DNA of 64,000 nt, from assembly GCA_965200765.1 (NCBI GenBank), contig OZ241380.1:1106417-1170416 (forward strand). The letters are read 5' to 3'. The translations under genes and the position numbers were made by a program. Origin of the DNA: Arenicellales bacterium (lineage in GTDB: Bacteria; Pseudomonadota; Gammaproteobacteria; Arenicellales; JAJDZL01). The notes under the pieces were generated by a model. That model saw only the letters and a list, made by a program, of their open reading frames with translations. It did not search any database and was not told the origin of the DNA. Below, one piece after another: positions 8,786 through 17,012 of the stretch. Each line of letters begins with the position of its first letter. The stretch's first letter is position 1.

Positions 8786-9634
8786 TTAACTGGTATTTTC
8801 CGGTTTTGGAAGCCGGGTCGCCAAGAGTTTGTACAAACCTGCGCCGACAACTGCCCCTACCATTGGTCCCAAAATATAGACAATGAAAAATCCGCCGCGA
8901 GGTCCTGGTATGGCAATATTTCCCCAGCCGAGAAAGAATGCGGCCAGACGGGGGCCGAAATCACGCGCCGGATTCATGCAACCCATGGTAATCGGACCCA
9001 GCACTGAAATGATTGCAGCGACGCAAACACCAATTACGACAGCCGCGATAGGAAAGTTTGGACGAGCATCATTGTGCGGGTGAATCACTGCTGCGATCAC
9101 AAACGCCATGACACCTGTACCAACGATTTCAGCGATAAACGCGGTGGGCATGCCAACAATCTGCCATGCTTCTTCACCTGTACCGTAGGTAGCCGGATTC
9201 GGAAAGTACAGACCGTAAGCCATTGCGCTTAGCTGACTGCCGGGTTCGCCTCGCAAAATCTCAAGTTTCGCTTCATAGGCCAGTATGGCATCGGCGAAGA
9301 TATAGTGAACAACAAACCCGGCGCAAACACCGGCAGTAATCTGAACGATCCAGTAGGGCAGAATTCGCCTGGCCGGAAAACCGTTCCAAACGGCGAACAT
9401 TAATGTAACAGCAGGATTAATGTGCGCCCCCGAAAGAGTTGCGGCTGTATAGATTCCCAGCGTTACACCAATCCCGGCAATGACTGCCACTTGCCACACT
9501 CCCATTTGTGCGCCGCCGATTGCTGCTGCGTGAGCTGAGCCGATACTAAAGAATACTAGTACGAATGTCCCTAAAAATTCTCCGCTGAGAGCTGACTTCA
9601 AGCTGGGGAGAGTTTGCTTGTCGTTGTCAGACAA
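8786..9634 (-). CDS. MIP-family channel (aquaporin/aquaglyceroporin-like)
   Basis: Hydrophobic six-helix pattern with two NPA boxes (GAHINPAVT and GCMNPARDFG). Confidence 0.9.
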   Translation of the reverse strand: MSDNDKQTLPSLKSALSGEFLGTFVLVFFSIGSAHAAAIGGAQMGVWQVAVIAGIGVTLGIYTAATLSGAHINPAVTLMFAVWNGFPARRILPYWIVQITAGVCAGFVVHYIFADAILAYEAKLEILRGEPGSQLSAMAYGLYFPNPATYGTGEEAWQIVGMPTAFIAEIVGTGVMAFVIAAVIHPHNDARPNFPIAAVVIGVCVAAIISVLGPITMGCMNPARDFGPRLAAFFLGWGNIAIPGPRGGFFIVYILGPMVGAVVGAGLYKLLATRLPKPENTS

Positions 9635-9677
9635 TGAACTTTCCCGTTTTCTGTATGAACAAAGAGTTTGTTGAAAC

Positions 9678-10595
9678 TTAGTTTACGCTGATTGACGTAT
9701 TGTCTTCACTCAGCGAAAATCTTCCGTCGGCTACTGCTTGAAACCAATCGGATGATTTTTTGAGTCCCCCAAAAGGATACACATGAAGTTTTTGAATCGG
9801 GCAGTCTGGATTGTCGCGACGAAACTGTGCCAATTCAATCAGGAGTTTCTCCGGTGTTGAGTTTTGTAACAGTTTGGAAGTGTTTTGCGCTTGCCGCCTC
9901 AATACCTTGATTGAAGGGCCTACACCGCATTGCATTGCATGTCGAAGCAGTGTTCCAAGCGTTGCAACTCCTGGCGCACCGATGTGAACGGGGAGTTCAA
10001 TTCCATCGTCGTCGATTTTCTTTTGCCAGCCGAGTACGGTTTTTGATTCAAAGCAGAATTGCGTGATGATGTAAATCTCGGCACTGGTGTGTTGAGCAAA
10101 CTCATTTTTCCAGTCCAAAGCCAATTTGATGTCTTTGTCCGGAATGTCAGGACTGCCTTCCGGATGACCTGCAATACCGATTTTTTGAATGCCGTACTTG
10201 TCGAACAATCCGGTTTGAAGCAACTGCATGGAATTCGAGAATTCACCGACTGGCTTGGCCGAACCGCCAGCGATTGCGAGAATCTGCCTGGAATCGTTTT
10301 CTTCTGTGAACCGCTTCAATCCGGTTTCCAGTACTTCTTCATTTTGAATTTGACGGGCCGCGAAATGCGGTACCGGAGTTAATCCTTCGGACGACAGTCG
10401 CTGGCACAAATTCAATGTATCGTACAAATGGGTGCCGGGTAGCAGGGTGACGTACACTTCGGTCTTGCTTGGCAAAATATCGCGATAGCTTGAAATTTTG
10501 GCCGCGGCTCCGGGCGTAGTTTCAACCGAATATCCCTGAGTCAATTCCTGGATGTGTGAAAACGTGCTAACAGACAATGTTTTTTCCTCGATCAT
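9678..10595 (-). CDS. Methylenetetrahydrofolate reductase (MetF)-like protein
   Basis: MTHFR-family motifs in the correct order: SVETTP (cf. SFEFFPP), VPHFAAR, LAIAGG, AGHPEGSP (cf. GYPEGH), ITQFCFE (cf. TQFFFD). Confidence 0.75.
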   Translation of the reverse strand: MIEEKTLSVSTFSHIQELTQGYSVETTPGAAAKISSYRDILPSKTEVYVTLLPGTHLYDTLNLCQRLSSEGLTPVPHFAARQIQNEEVLETGLKRFTEENDSRQILAIAGGSAKPVGEFSNSMQLLQTGLFDKYGIQKIGIAGHPEGSPDIPDKDIKLALDWKNEFAQHTSAEIYIITQFCFESKTVLGWQKKIDDDGIELPVHIGAPGVATLGTLLRHAMQCGVGPSIKVLRRQAQNTSKLLQNSTPEKLLIELAQFRRDNPDCPIQKLHVYPFGGLKKSSDWFQAVADGRFSLSEDNTSISVN

Positions 10596-10631
10596 TGGTT
10601 GTCTTGAAATACAAAATTTGAAAAGCTCCTG

Positions 10632-11165
10632 CTACTTCCACTCAAAGTAAACCACTGCGTCGTGAAAATCGTTGATGTCTTCTTCGCAGGAGGACAGAAT
10701 TCTGAAACCGTCATTGCTCTCGTTTCGCCAATTCATGTCAAGCATAATACGATTGGCAACCCAATAGTCAGATATCTTGTGTCCGATCAATACGAACACC
10801 AATGAGTTGCTGATTACGATGCCGTCGTCCGGCCCCAATCGTGTATTCATCGGACGAGGAGTTTGCCAATCTGCAACAATGTTGCTAGCGTCAGCATCCA
10901 GCGAGTCCACGATTGCAACGCGCTGAATCGGCCACGCAAAGGAATTACCGGTGATTTTCGTCTCTCCTTCAGGCAACTTGCAGGCCACCGCGAGAAGATG
11001 GTCGCCGCGGAAGGAGAGTTTGTCGTACAGGTTTTGACTACCATCAACGGCAACACAACCGGTTTCATTCAATTCGTTCAGTGACTGAATTGGCGGTGCA
11101 ACCCAGTCCATATTTTTCAATGAATGGCGGTTGAATTGAGGTACAGGAAATCGTTTTGCCCACAT
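10632..11165 (-). CDS. Hypothetical protein, first gene of the corrinoid operon
   Basis: 177-aa ORF, co-directional and 36 nt upstream of the MTHFR-like gene. No TM segment, signal peptide or motif I recognise. An alternative start lies at MDWVAPP. Confidence 0.55.
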   Translation of the reverse strand: MWAKRFPVPQFNRHSLKNMDWVAPPIQSLNELNETGCVAVDGSQNLYDKLSFRGDHLLAVACKLPEGETKITGNSFAWPIQRVAIVDSLDADASNIVADWQTPRPMNTRLGPDDGIVISNSLVFVLIGHKISDYWVANRIMLDMNWRNESNDGFRILSSCEEDINDFHDAVVYFEWK

Positions 11166-11240
11166 GTTGGTGAATTGGCTTTACTTGTAAAGTGAATGGA
11201 CAATTATAATACCAGTTTTATTTGGATGGCATCTTGGGTA

Positions 11241-11254
11241 TTTGTCAATACAAA
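11241..11254. promoter_or_regulatory. Candidate GntR-family operator (TTTGT-N4-ACAAA inverted repeat) in the divergent promoter region
   Basis: tttgtcaatacaaa has 5-bp perfect inverted arms and contains the GT-Nx-AC core typical of GntR/FadR-type operators. It lies 76-89 nt upstream of the operon's first start codon. Confidence 0.3.
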
Positions 11255-11398
11255 GCGACATTTTGGGTTGAATTTGTGAATCGTCTCTTACGTAAAATAA
11301 ATGGTTCAAACCCTCCTCGCAATCAATTCCGATTATACTCTATTAACGGATATGTCAGTTTATCCAATTGATTTTCAACAACGCGAGACGATGCAAAC

Positions 11399-11689
11399 AT
11401 GGCGAAAGTAACAATTCTTTACTGGCAGGATATACCGTCTGTCGTAGAAGCCCGCGAGGGCAGGGAAGTACACAAAGAATTACTTAGCGAGCGATTTCAG
11501 GAGCTGATCGACCTGGTTGCGATGAAGAAGAATTTGGCCGGCACAGACGACTACCTCAATCACTGGACTAAAGGTTCCCCTACGACAGTTGAGGGTTCAC
11601 CCGAGGAAGCGGCACGAAAGGTCAAGGAAGAACTTGAAGCTCGCTACAAAGAAATCCGTAAAGAAGAACTCGCGAAGGCGGTTGGTTAG
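11399..11689 (+). CDS. Small 'virulence factor'-domain family protein (function unknown)
   Basis: 96 aa. The N-terminal KVTILYWQDIPSVVEA motif matches my recollection of the Pfam Virulence_fact family, often found next to MTHFR and corrinoid methyltransferase genes. It is divergent from the operon. Confidence 0.5.
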   Translation: MAKVTILYWQDIPSVVEAREGREVHKELLSERFQELIDLVAMKKNLAGTDDYLNHWTKGSPTTVEGSPEEAARKVKEELEARYKEIRKEELAKAVG

Positions 11690-11736
11690 TCTGAATGTGC
11701 ACGAGGCAATGCAGTACTAAAAGCTACGCAGAAAAA

Positions 11737-12114
11737 TTACAAGTGCCCAGTTTCCTCTAATACTTTCTTTGCTGCCCGAAAGCACTCCAACGCTTGGGGT
11801 ACGCCGCAATAAATCCCGACAATGTGGATGATGGCGCGAATCTCTTCCACAGAAACGCCGTTGTTGATTGCACCGCGGCAGTGCAATTCCCATTCGTGCA
11901 TCTTGCCAAGTGCACCAATCATCGCCAAGTTAATCATGGAACGTTGCTTTGCACTGATACATTCGTCTCCCCAGCCAAATCCCCAGCACCACTCAGTCAT
12001 CGCCTCCTGAAATGGTCGCGTAAAGTCATCGCCAGCGAGATTTTTGTTGACATATTCTTCACCCAAAGTCGCTTTTCGCTTTGCCAGACCTTTTTCAAAT
12101 AGCTGTTGGTCCAT
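11737..12114 (-). CDS. Carboxymuconolactone decarboxylase (CMD/PcaC-like) family protein
   Basis: 125 aa with the typical gamma-CMD pattern (FTRPFQEAMTEWCWGFGWGD, ISAKQRSMINLAM, ELHCRGAINNGVSVEEI). Confidence 0.8.
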   Translation of the reverse strand: MDQQLFEKGLAKRKATLGEEYVNKNLAGDDFTRPFQEAMTEWCWGFGWGDECISAKQRSMINLAMIGALGKMHEWELHCRGAINNGVSVEEIRAIIHIVGIYCGVPQALECFRAAKKVLEETGHL

Positions 12115-12517
12115 TCAATTCACTCCATATCGTCAGTTCAAGAAACAAAAGTATTGTGTATTTCAGGTCAAATTCTTGCCTTCTTGTGTTCTCTTAGTTG
12201 ATTTGAATTTCTCATGAGAACACGCGTCAACAAGCAATAAGACCTGATTGACTACCCCAGATCCTGTCTGATGAATTTTTGTACTCGCAAGTCTGCTGGC
12301 CTGTAGCCATAGACAGTAGTATTCAGTTGTCAGGCGAGAAAACAGGGTCAAAGTGAAGTATAGCAGGTATTCGTGGGCGAGAACATTTCGCGAAAATTAT
12401 CAGAGTGAGTTGCCCGCTGATTCAACACCAAGCCTAGGCATGTCAATTTGCGGATTTGTAGGTGAACTTGTAGTTAAAATCAGTATCGTAATCGAAACAC
12501 TTATTCAATACATTTCA

Positions 12518-13582
12518 ATGGATTTCTGCATTCAGCTCTCCGCATACTATCCAAGCCACGAACTGGGCGGAAAGCAATTGTACAGCAATATGCTGGAGCA
12601 GGCGGTTCTGGCTGACCAGGTTGGTTTTGAATCGGTGTCCTGTACCGAGCATCACCTTATCAATATTCTGCTGATGCCAGCACCTTTGCAGTTTGCTGTC
12701 AGGATTGCCAGCATGACAGACCGCGTCAAAATCATAACGACTGTGGTTGTGCTTCCGCTTCACGACATGCGAGTCTATGCCGGCGAGGTCATTTGCGCGG
12801 ACATTTTTACCGAAGGCCGCCTGTTGCTCGGGGTTGGTCGCGGTGCATTTGAATTTGAAATGGACCGGCTGGGTGTACCTTTGGAAAACACCAGAGAAAA
12901 ATTTGACGAGTCTTTAAATGTATTGCAAGCGTTGCTGTCTCGGCGGGAGGTTTCCTGGGACGGTCAGTACTACAATTTCCCACCGCTTACGGTGATGCCC
13001 AGACCGACAAAATCCGGCGGACCACCGATCATGATGAGTGCGATCGTGCCAGAAGCAATCTATCATAGTGCCAAACGCGGCTTCCATATTCAAACAACAC
13101 CATTGTCAGGCTCGCACGAGCATATGTTGAAGCAAGTTGATGCTTTCCAGCGAGGAAAACAAGAGCTGGGGTGCGAAGGAGAGGCTTTGACTCTTTCGAT
13201 GTCAAGAGTTGCGTTTGTTGCCAGAAACGATGCTGACAAAAAACAGAAAACCGAACTGGCGCATCACTACTACGGACAATTCGACAATGTTTTTACCGGT
13301 GATGGCATAGTGAATGACGGCATCATTGTACCCATTCCGCGCAAAGTTCCGATTGAAGAAACAGCAAAGAATCTGCACATCTGCACAGCTTCCGAAATGG
13401 TTGACCAATTGGCACCGTATGCAGAAGCCGGTGTAAACCGTTTCATTCTCAATGTCAATTTCGGTGCCGACCAGATTGATACACTGGAGTGCATCGAGCG
13501 TTTCGCAACTGAAGTGATGCCCGAGTTTTCAGAAACACCCGCGAATCAGGTTTCACCTGGTACTGATATTGCTTCGAAATGA
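12518..13582 (+). CDS. LLM-class (luciferase-like) flavin-dependent oxidoreductase
   Basis: The TIM-barrel LLM pattern begins at MDFCIQLSAYYP (GFESVSCTEHH, LLLGVGRG). The ORF-track start at 12353 adds 55 non-homologous residues, so the ATG at 12518 is preferred. Confidence 0.75.
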   Translation: MDFCIQLSAYYPSHELGGKQLYSNMLEQAVLADQVGFESVSCTEHHLINILLMPAPLQFAVRIASMTDRVKIITTVVVLPLHDMRVYAGEVICADIFTEGRLLLGVGRGAFEFEMDRLGVPLENTREKFDESLNVLQALLSRREVSWDGQYYNFPPLTVMPRPTKSGGPPIMMSAIVPEAIYHSAKRGFHIQTTPLSGSHEHMLKQVDAFQRGKQELGCEGEALTLSMSRVAFVARNDADKKQKTELAHHYYGQFDNVFTGDGIVNDGIIVPIPRKVPIEETAKNLHICTASEMVDQLAPYAEAGVNRFILNVNFGADQIDTLECIERFATEVMPEFSETPANQVSPGTDIASK

Positions 13583-14349
13583 TTGCAAAAGGAATTTGCT
13601 TTGAGGTTGCCGGCGATGGACCGCCTTTGTACATGATTCATGGTATTGGTTCCCGCAAAACCACCTGGAATCCGCTTGTAGCTGAGCTTGCAGCGCATTT
13701 CACTTGCGTATCGTACGACTTGCGCGGACATGGAGGCAGTGATGTGTTACCCACCCCTTATTTGCTGGACGATTTGGTAAATGATTTGGAGACACTGAGG
13801 AGCCATTTGGGGCACGAACAAATTCGGATAGTGGGGCATTCTCTGGGTGGCATGATAGGGCCAGCATATGCACGGGCATATTCAGACAAAGTTCACTCTC
13901 TGGTTCTACTAAGTACGGCGGCGGGACGTTCGAAAGAAGATCGCAACAAACTCAAAGTACTGACTGATTCAATGAACGAAAAGGGTGTAATGCCAGTGAT
14001 TGACACGCTGGTTCATCGCTGGTTCACCGATGGCTTCATTGCAAATCGACCCGACGCAATCGAACATCGAAAACGACAAATCGAGGAAACCCCGGAAAAT
14101 GTTTTCCTCAGTGTATTTCAAATTTATGCACAAACCGAAATGGCACCGTGGTTGAAGGAAATCAAAGGTCCTTGCCTGATCATGACAGGTGAACTGGACG
14201 GCGGTTGCCATGTAACCCTCAATCGTTTCATGCACGGTGAACTGAAAAACTCCAAGCTGGTCATATTGGACGGGTTGAAGCATTCAATCCTTGTGGAAGC
14301 TCCCGACCGAGTGCTGAAGCATGTGAAAGAATTCCTGCTTGATGAGTGA
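13579..14349 (+). CDS. Alpha/beta hydrolase (3-oxoadipate enol-lactonase-like)
   Basis: HGIGS oxyanion region and nucleophile elbow GHSLGG. C-terminal GLKHS provides the catalytic His. There is a 4-nt overlap with the upstream gene. Confidence 0.8.
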   Translation: MIAKGICFEVAGDGPPLYMIHGIGSRKTTWNPLVAELAAHFTCVSYDLRGHGGSDVLPTPYLLDDLVNDLETLRSHLGHEQIRIVGHSLGGMIGPAYARAYSDKVHSLVLLSTAAGRSKEDRNKLKVLTDSMNEKGVMPVIDTLVHRWFTDGFIANRPDAIEHRKRQIEETPENVFLSVFQIYAQTEMAPWLKEIKGPCLIMTGELDGGCHVTLNRFMHGELKNSKLVILDGLKHSILVEAPDRVLKHVKEFLLDE

Positions 14350-14476
14350 TTGTGTTGCTTGGGAGAAGTTGGCGATTCAATCTTTCAGCAGAGAATTCAA
14401 GTACAAATCCATACAGAGTAGTAAAATTCAGACTTGAAACTGCGAAAATCGAATATGTAATGGGAGATGGACCGAA

Positions 14477-16264
14477 ATGACTGATTATTTTGCGCCGCTA
14501 AGCGAAATGAAGTTCGTATTGAATGGTGTCGCCGGACTGGACGAGATTCTGCAATTGCCATGTTTCAATGAAATTGACGGAGAACTGGTGTCTGCTGTGC
14601 TCAGCGAATCATCCAGATTCACCTCTGAAGTATTGGCACCATTGAACAGGACTGGCGATGAAGTCGGGTGTGAATGCCATGATGGACGAGTAACCACTGC
14701 ACCGGGCTGGAAAGACGCGTATCGCCAGTTTATCGAGAGCGGTTGGAACGGATTGGCGTTTGAACCTGAGTGGGGTGGGCAGGGACTGCCATGGTTGGTA
14801 GCGACTGCTGTGCAGGAAATGTGGCATTCAGCAAACATGTCGTTTGGTTTGTGTCCGCTTCTGACACAAGGTGCAATTCGGGCCCTCTCTTTGCATGGTT
14901 CAAAAGAGTTGCAGGACATTTACATGAACAAACTTGTGTCGGGTGAATGGGCCGGCACGATGAATCTCACCGAGACACAAGCGGGGTCTGATCTCAGTAC
15001 CGTGCGAACCAGTGCCGTCGAGACTGGTGATCACTATCTTCTGAAAGGGCAGAAAGTCTTCATCACTTACGGCGAGCACGATCTTACCGAAAATATCATT
15101 CATTTTGTACTGGCCAGAGCAAGTGATTCTCCCGAAGGAGTCAAGGGCATCTCATTGTTTGTCGTACCGAAATTTTTGGTAAATCAAGACGGTACATGCG
15201 GAAAGCGAAACGACGTGCATTGCGTTTCAATAGAACACAAACTGGGCATCAACGCGAGTCCGACCGCGGTGCTTTCTTTCGGTGAGAACGAAGGTGCCGT
15301 AGGCTATCTTGTCGGGGAAAAGAACCGTGGACTGGAATATATGTTCACTATGATGAACTTGGCCCGGCATGCAGTTGGAGTAGAAGGTTTGGCCGTATCA
15401 GAAAGATCGTATCAGCAAGCGCGCGAGTTTGCAAAACAGCGAATTCAGGGAACTTCCATCGCATTGAAAGATCGAAATCGGGTCAGCATCATCAACCATC
15501 CCGATGTCCGACGCATGTTGTTAACCATGAAATCCCTGATTGAAGCCATGCGTTGCCTCGCATACTACACTTCCGCAATATTTGATCTGTCCAGTCGACA
15601 TCCGGATGAGAACCAGCGGCACCAGTATCTTTCAGAACTGGGAGTGTTGATTCCAATAGTGAAAGGATGGTGTGCCGAGATCGGGATTGAAGTTGCATCT
15701 GTCGGTCTTCAGGTCCATGGCGGAATGGGCTTTATTGAAGAAACCGGAGCAGCACAACACTATCGGGATGTTCGCATCACTTCAATCTATGAAGGCACTA
15801 CAGGAATTCAGGCAAATGACTTGATCGGCAGAAAGTTGCTGAAGGACCAAGGTGTAGCGATTGTCAAGTTGGTCGAGGAATTGAACCGAAATTTGGAAAA
15901 TATCAAGGAATCCGATGCCACTCAAAAGATAGTAGCCGCATCAAAATCAGGAATATCTGAACTCGAGCGTTCTACGAGATGGGTATTGGAGACAGGCAAG
16001 AATGCCCCCGAATTGCCGACTGCCACGAGTGTGAATTATCTCCTTCAATTGGGTTATGTGGTTGGGGGATGCCTGATGGCACAATCAGCGAGTTTGGCCG
16101 CAGAAATGCTGAATAACAAGGGAGCCAACAAAAATCTCTTGCGCGCCAAGATCATCACCGCAAAATTCTATGCAACGCACATCATGCCGCGTGCCAAGGC
16201 TTGCGGCGAGGCGGCGGTCAGCTCGTCAGAGAGCATTTTGGAAATCACGGAAGAGCAGTTTTAG
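14477..16264 (+). CDS. Long acyl-CoA dehydrogenase (with extra C-terminal helical domain)
   Basis: ACAD N, middle and C domains (MNLTETQAGSDL, FITYGEHD, YEGTTGIQANDL) with a ~150-aa C-terminal extension. Confidence 0.85.
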   Translation: MTDYFAPLSEMKFVLNGVAGLDEILQLPCFNEIDGELVSAVLSESSRFTSEVLAPLNRTGDEVGCECHDGRVTTAPGWKDAYRQFIESGWNGLAFEPEWGGQGLPWLVATAVQEMWHSANMSFGLCPLLTQGAIRALSLHGSKELQDIYMNKLVSGEWAGTMNLTETQAGSDLSTVRTSAVETGDHYLLKGQKVFITYGEHDLTENIIHFVLARASDSPEGVKGISLFVVPKFLVNQDGTCGKRNDVHCVSIEHKLGINASPTAVLSFGENEGAVGYLVGEKNRGLEYMFTMMNLARHAVGVEGLAVSERSYQQAREFAKQRIQGTSIALKDRNRVSIINHPDVRRMLLTMKSLIEAMRCLAYYTSAIFDLSSRHPDENQRHQYLSELGVLIPIVKGWCAEIGIEVASVGLQVHGGMGFIEETGAAQHYRDVRITSIYEGTTGIQANDLIGRKLLKDQGVAIVKLVEELNRNLENIKESDATQKIVAASKSGISELERSTRWVLETGKNAPELPTATSVNYLLQLGYVVGGCLMAQSASLAAEMLNNKGANKNLLRAKIITAKFYATHIMPRAKACGEAAVSSSESILEITEEQF

Positions 16265-16317
16265 GCCGAGATGCCAGAAGCGAAGTTGTCGATATTTACT
16301 GAAGATGCCTTGATCAC

Positions 16318-16656
16318 TCAGGCCAGCTTTGCACCGTTTTGCACCGGTCGTTCCGGCTGGGCGATTACGACTGCACCATCTTCTTGATAGAATCCTGTCA
16401 ACAAAAACTGTGACATAATGGGTCCGATTTGTTTGGGTGGAAAGTTGACAACGCCGACAATTTGCCTGCCCATCAAATCTTCCATCGAATATAAGTCTGT
16501 AATCTGGGCGCTACATTTCAGTTTTCCGATATCCGGGCCAAAGTCCGCGACTACGATGTACGCCGGCCGGCGTGCTTTCGGAAATTCTTGTACTTCCACG
16601 ACCGTTCCGACTCGCAATTCGACTTGCTCAAAATCACTCCATTGAATTTTTTTCAT
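16318..16656 (-). CDS. tRNA-binding domain protein (CsaA/YgjH-like)
   Basis: 112 aa with the OB-fold tRNA-binding pattern ([25 protein letters not shown]...[10 protein letters not shown]). Confidence 0.8.
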   Translation of the reverse strand: MKKIQWSDFEQVELRVGTVVEVQEFPKARRPAYIVVADFGPDIGKLKCSAQITDLYSMEDLMGRQIVGVVNFPPKQIGPIMSQFLLTGFYQEDGAVVIAQPERPVQNGAKLA

Positions 16657-17012
16657 TGATCGTTGCTCCTGATGTTTATCTGGTTTTCATAGTTGATAGG
16701 ATGGGGGCAGATTTTATCTTCTGTTGTCAATGAAACGGATGGTTCAAAATTCCGCTTGAAACCGATCATTCTATCCACGTCGACTGGTCATCATTGCCGT
16801 AGTTGACAAAACTGCGACTTGAAAAGATGAATTCAACTTCTCCACTCATCTGGTATTTTGTGTAGCCATTGAACGTGACCGATGTCTACGAGCTTGGCAA
16901 GTGTTGGGCATAACGGTTTGTATTTTTACTCATTTTGTGTGTACAATAGCCGTTTCTTACTACTCCATTCATCAAATTTCTGCTCCAAACCGGAAGCATC
17001 CAACACGGGTCA

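Noticed and set aside
11197-11214. TGGACAATTATAATACCA considered as a FadR-type TGG-N12-CCA operator.
   Set aside because: Only 4 of 9 symmetric positions pair, and its centre is offset from the embedded ATTATAAT palindrome. The TTTGT-N4-ACAAA element at 11241-11254 is a better candidate.
12163-12351. 62-codon minus-strand ORF in the 400-nt gap between the CMD gene and the LLM gene.
   Set aside because: It has no RBS or motif. The region is more plausibly the promoter and leader of the LLM operon.
12353-12517. N-terminal extensions suggested by the ORF track: 12353 for the LLM oxidoreductase, 29338 for the SDR, 44304 for the ferredoxin-reductase fusion, 39563 for the SNase-like gene, 39558 for PhyH and 59033 for the FAD oxidase.
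   Set aside because: The family-typical N-termini begin at internal start codons (12518, 29515, 44499, 39509, 39627, 59105). The extra residues look non-protein-like or overlap the neighbouring gene.
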